A stretch of 64,000 nt of DNA from an uncultured Christensenellaceae bacterium (GTDB taxonomy: Bacteria > Bacillota > Clostridia > Christensenellales > Borkfalkiaceae). The stretch spans positions 6,377 through 70,376 of the forward strand of contig CAJUJO010000001.1 in NCBI GenBank assembly GCA_910586675.1, given 5' to 3'. The translations under genes were made by a program, and so were the position numbers. The notes beneath the pieces were generated by a model, which ran no database searches, was not told the origin of the DNA, and saw nothing but the letters and a program-made list of their open reading frames with translations. Of this stretch, positions 61,098 to 64,000 are shown one piece after another; position 1 is the first letter of the stretch; each line of letters opens with the position of its first letter.

Positions 61098-63308
61098 ATG
61101 GATCTGATCATCGTGGAGTCGCCGTCCAAGGCGAAAACCATTTCCAAGTATCTCAAAGGCAAGTATCGCGTGGACGCGTCGGGAGGGCATATCCGCGACC
61201 TTCCGCAAAAGACGCTCGGCGTTTCTATCGAAAAGAATTACGAACCAAAATACGTCAATTCTCCCGGAAAAGAGGACACGATCAAGCGCCTGACCGAAGA
61301 GGCGCGGAGCGCCGACCGCGTGTACCTCGCGACCGACCCCGACCGCGAAGGGGAAGCCATTTCCTGGCATTTACAGACGGTGCTCGGATTAGACGCGGAC
61401 AAGGACAACCGAATCGAGTTCAACGAGATTTCGCCCAAGGCGGTGGAGCGCGCCCTCAAAAAACCGCGTAAAATCAACTATAATCTCGTGGACGCACAGC
61501 AGGCGCGCCGCGTGCTCGATAGGCTCGTGGGCTATAAGCTTTCGCCCTTTTTGAACAACAAAATTCAGGACGGGCTTTCGGCGGGAAGGGTGCAGTCCGT
61601 CGCGCTTCGGCTCATTGTAGACAGGGAGCGCGAGATTCAGGCGTTCAAGCCCGAAGAGTACTGGACGATCACCGCCGAATTGCAGGATAAAGAGAAGAAA
61701 TTCTCGCCGTTCAAAGCAGCGCTGGAGAAGTTCGAGGGCAAGAAGCTCAAAATCGTCAACAAGGAGCAGGCGGACGCGGCGCTTGCCGCGCTCGGCGACG
61801 GCTCGTACGCCGTCAACGCGGTGAAAAAGAGCATCACCAAATCGCACGCGCCCGCGCCCTTCACCACGAGCACGCTCCAACAGGACGCGTCCAACAAGTG
61901 CGGTATGACCGCGCCCGAAACTATGCTTATGGCGCAGCATCTGTACGAAGGCATCGACGTCGAGGGCGAGGGGCATATCGCCTTCGTAACCTATATCAGA
62001 ACGGACTCCACGCGCGTTTCCGAAGACGCGCAGGCGTCGGCGCTTTCCTATATCGAGGAAAAGTACGGCAGGGAATACTGTCCCGAAAAACCCAACGTCT
62101 ACGCTTCCAAAAAGGGCGCGCAGGACGCGCACGAAGCCATCCGTCCCATCGACCTTGCTCGCACGCCAGAGTCGGTTAAAAAGCTGCTCGATAAAAAGCA
62201 TTACAACATTTATAAACTTATTTACGAGCGTTTCATTGCTTCGCAGATGGCGGAAGCGCAGTACGACTCCATGCAGATCGAGATCGAGAACGGCGCCTAT
62301 GGATTAAAGGCGAGCGGCAAGACGCTCCGTTTTAAGGGCTATACCGCCGTCTATCAGGAGAGCAGGAAAGAGGACGAAGAGGAGACGGGCGGAAAGCTTC
62401 TCCCCGCGCTCTCCGAGGGCGACGGGCTGGACGGCATTTCCCTGAAGCCCGAACAGAAATTTACAAAACCGCCCGTGCGCTATACCGACGCTTCCCTCGT
62501 CAAGGCGATGGAAGACAAGGGGATCGGCAGGCCGTCTACCTACGCTTCCATCATCTCCGTGCTCAACAAGCGCAGGTATGTGGAAAAAGAGGGCAAGTAC
62601 ATGAAGCCCACGGACGTCGCGTACCGCATTACCGATATTCTGCTTCAATATTTCACCGATATTATGGACGTCGGTTTTACGGCGAATATGGAAGAAAAAT
62701 TGGACGAAATCGAGGACGGCGGCAAGGATTGGCGCAGCATCATCGGCGATTTTTATCCGCCGTTTGAAGAAAAACTCCGTTTCGCCAATACGGACGGGGA
62801 TGAGGAAACGGATATTCTGTGCGAGAAGTGCGGTTCCCGCATGATACGCAAATCCAACAAGTACGGCAAATACCTCGCATGTTCCAACTATCCCAAGTGC
62901 TCCAATATCGTCAGCGAGCAGGGTCCCGAGGTGAGCGAAACGCTCTGCCCCAATTGCGGTCAGCCGATGATCGTGCGAATGGGAAAGTTCGGCAAATTCC
63001 TGTCCTGTTCCAATTATCCGGAATGCAAATGCACGCTTCCCTTCGGCGAGAAGGCGGAAGACGTTCTGGAAGGGGTCTGCCCCGACTGCGGAAAACCCAC
63101 AAAAAAACTGAAAAGCAAACGCGGAAAATTCTTTTACGGATGTACGGGTTATCCCGATTGCAAGTTTTTGAGCTGGGATATGCCTACGGGTGAGAAGTGC
63201 CCGCAGTGCGGCAGTGCGGTTATCAAGACGGCGAAGGGGGATTTCAGGTGTTCCAATCGGGATTGCGCCTATACGCCCATGACGCCCGCGGAAGAAAAGC
63301 ATGATTAA
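61098..63308 (+). CDS. topA: DNA topoisomerase I
   Basis: 736 aa with TOPRIM (LIIVESPSKAKTI), a catalytic Tyr region and four C-terminal CxxC zinc-ribbon repeats. Confidence 0.97.
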   Translation: MDLIIVESPSKAKTISKYLKGKYRVDASGGHIRDLPQKTLGVSIEKNYEPKYVNSPGKEDTIKRLTEEARSADRVYLATDPDREGEAISWHLQTVLGLDADKDNRIEFNEISPKAVERALKKPRKINYNLVDAQQARRVLDRLVGYKLSPFLNNKIQDGLSAGRVQSVALRLIVDREREIQAFKPEEYWTITAELQDKEKKFSPFKAALEKFEGKKLKIVNKEQADAALAALGDGSYAVNAVKKSITKSHAPAPFTTSTLQQDASNKCGMTAPETMLMAQHLYEGIDVEGEGHIAFVTYIRTDSTRVSEDAQASALSYIEEKYGREYCPEKPNVYASKKGAQDAHEAIRPIDLARTPESVKKLLDKKHYNIYKLIYERFIASQMAEAQYDSMQIEIENGAYGLKASGKTLRFKGYTAVYQESRKEDEEETGGKLLPALSEGDGLDGISLKPEQKFTKPPVRYTDASLVKAMEDKGIGRPSTYASIISVLNKRRYVEKEGKYMKPTDVAYRITDILLQYFTDIMDVGFTANMEEKLDEIEDGGKDWRSIIGDFYPPFEEKLRFANTDGDEETDILCEKCGSRMIRKSNKYGKYLACSNYPKCSNIVSEQGPEVSETLCPNCGQPMIVRMGKFGKFLSCSNYPECKCTLPFGEKAEDVLEGVCPDCGKPTKKLKSKRGKFFYGCTGYPDCKFLSWDMPTGEKCPQCGSAVIKTAKGDFRCSNRDCAYTPMTPAEEKHD

Positions 63309-64000
63309 AATCATCGGCGCGGGGCTTGCCGGGTGCGAAGCGGCATATTATTTAGGCAGGCGAGGCGTTTCCGTCGAACTCGTGGAAATGAAACCCGTAA
63401 AATTTTCTCCCGCGCACAATTCGGCGTCGTTCGCCGAACTCGTCTGCTCCAATTCTTTGAAGAGCGACGATATCTGGGGCAATGCGTGCGGACTGTTGAA
63501 GGAGGAAATGCGGCGTTTGGGTTCGCTTGTCGTCGAGGCGGCGGACAAGACGCGCGTTCCCGCGGGCGGCGCGCTCGCGGTGGACAGAATCAAGTTTTCC
63601 GCTTATATTACGAAGAAAATAAAGTCGTGCAAGAATATCGAGGTCGTCTGCCGCGAAGAAACCGTTCTGCCCGAGGCGGGAATCGTCGCTACGGGTCCGC
63701 TTACCGAGGGCGGTTTGTATGAGGACATCGAGCGGAAGCTGGGCGGAGTGTTGCATTTTTACGATGCGTCCGCGCCCGTCGTCTCGGCGGACAGCATCGA
63801 TTTTTCCCGCACGTTTACGGGCGACAGATACGGCAAAGGTACGGGTGATTATATCAACTGCCCCATGACGAAAGATGAATATTACGCCTTCGTAACGGAG
63901 CTTCTCTCGGCGGAAAAGGTAACTCTTCACGGCTTTGAAAAACGGGAAATATTTGAAGGCTGCATGCCTGTCGAAGTGATGGCTTCCCGCGGAAAGGAGA
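63301..64000 (+). CDS. trmFO: methylenetetrahydrofolate--tRNA-(uracil-5)-methyltransferase TrmFO (5' partial, runs off the window)
   Basis: Translated by hand: MIKIIGAGLAGCEAAYYLGRRGVSVELVEMKPVKFSPAHNSASFAELVCSNSLKSDD... It overlaps the topA stop by 8 nt and has no stop codon before the window end, which is why it is absent from the ORF track. Confidence 0.9.
   Translation, partial: MIKIIGAGLAGCEAAYYLGRRGVSVELVEMKPVKFSPAHNSASFAELVCSNSLKSDDIWGNACGLLKEEMRRLGSLVVEAADKTRVPAGGALAVDRIKFSAYITKKIKSCKNIEVVCREETVLPEAGIVATGPLTEGGLYEDIERKLGGVLHFYDASAPVVSADSIDFSRTFTGDRYGKGTGDYINCPMTKDEYYAFVTELLSAEKVTLHGFEKREIFEGCMPVEVMASRGKE

Noticed and set aside
1-64000. Looked for CRISPR arrays, rRNA/tRNA genes, transposases, integrases and long direct or inverted repeats.
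   Set aside because: I saw no repeat-spacer periodicity, no tRNA-like cloverleaf candidates in the short intergenic regions, and no ORF with DDE, tyrosine- or serine-recombinase motifs. This was a scan by eye, not a computation.

Overview
This window looks like core chromosome from a moderately high-GC Firmicutes/Clostridia-like bacterium. GC was judged by eye, not computed. The lineage is inferred only from gene content and classic synteny blocks: (comEC?)-holA, cdaA, rpsF-ssb-rpsR, rpmE-(DUF1385::prmC)-prfA, lon-engB, rpsB-tsf-pyrH-frr-uppS-cdsA-dxr-rseP, dnaA/recF and comM-dprA-topA-trmFO. I can support about 70 protein genes. They are very tightly packed, with many 1-11 nt start/stop overlaps of the ATGA/GTGA type. 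I also support one TPP riboswitch with its terminator, one rubredoxin gene and one 36-aa micro-ORF that fall below the ORF-track cutoff, one MIF/tautomerase gene broken by an in-frame TAA, and a set of sigma-70-like promoters and rho-independent terminators. I saw no rRNA, tRNA, CRISPR array, transposase, integrase or prophage block. Most long ORFs antisense to the genes called here are Arg/Ala/Gly-rich shadow ORFs typical of GC-rich DNA, and I rejected them. There is no obvious defence island. The items most worth a second look are these. (1) A translationally coupled operon downstream of trpS encodes a DUF5685-like Cys/Asp-motif protein, two paralogous proteins with cysteine-string C-termini (one carrying a J-like domain without HPD) and a 5-TM protein. 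(2) The dnaA locus is atypical: dnaA is inverted relative to recF, there is no dnaN, I saw no DnaA-box cluster, and mnmG lies 14 bp downstream. (3) A 782-aa membrane-anchored repeat protein follows an orphan cupin fragment expressed from an apparently leaderless promoter. (4) cdaA is followed by a micro-ORF that looks like only the membrane anchor of CdaR. (5) A low-GC 1-kb islet carries an XRE regulator and a SHOCT membrane protein. (6) ThiT is fused to a 5-TM N-terminal extension. Novelty cannot be established without database searches, and every functional call rests on motif recognition by eye.
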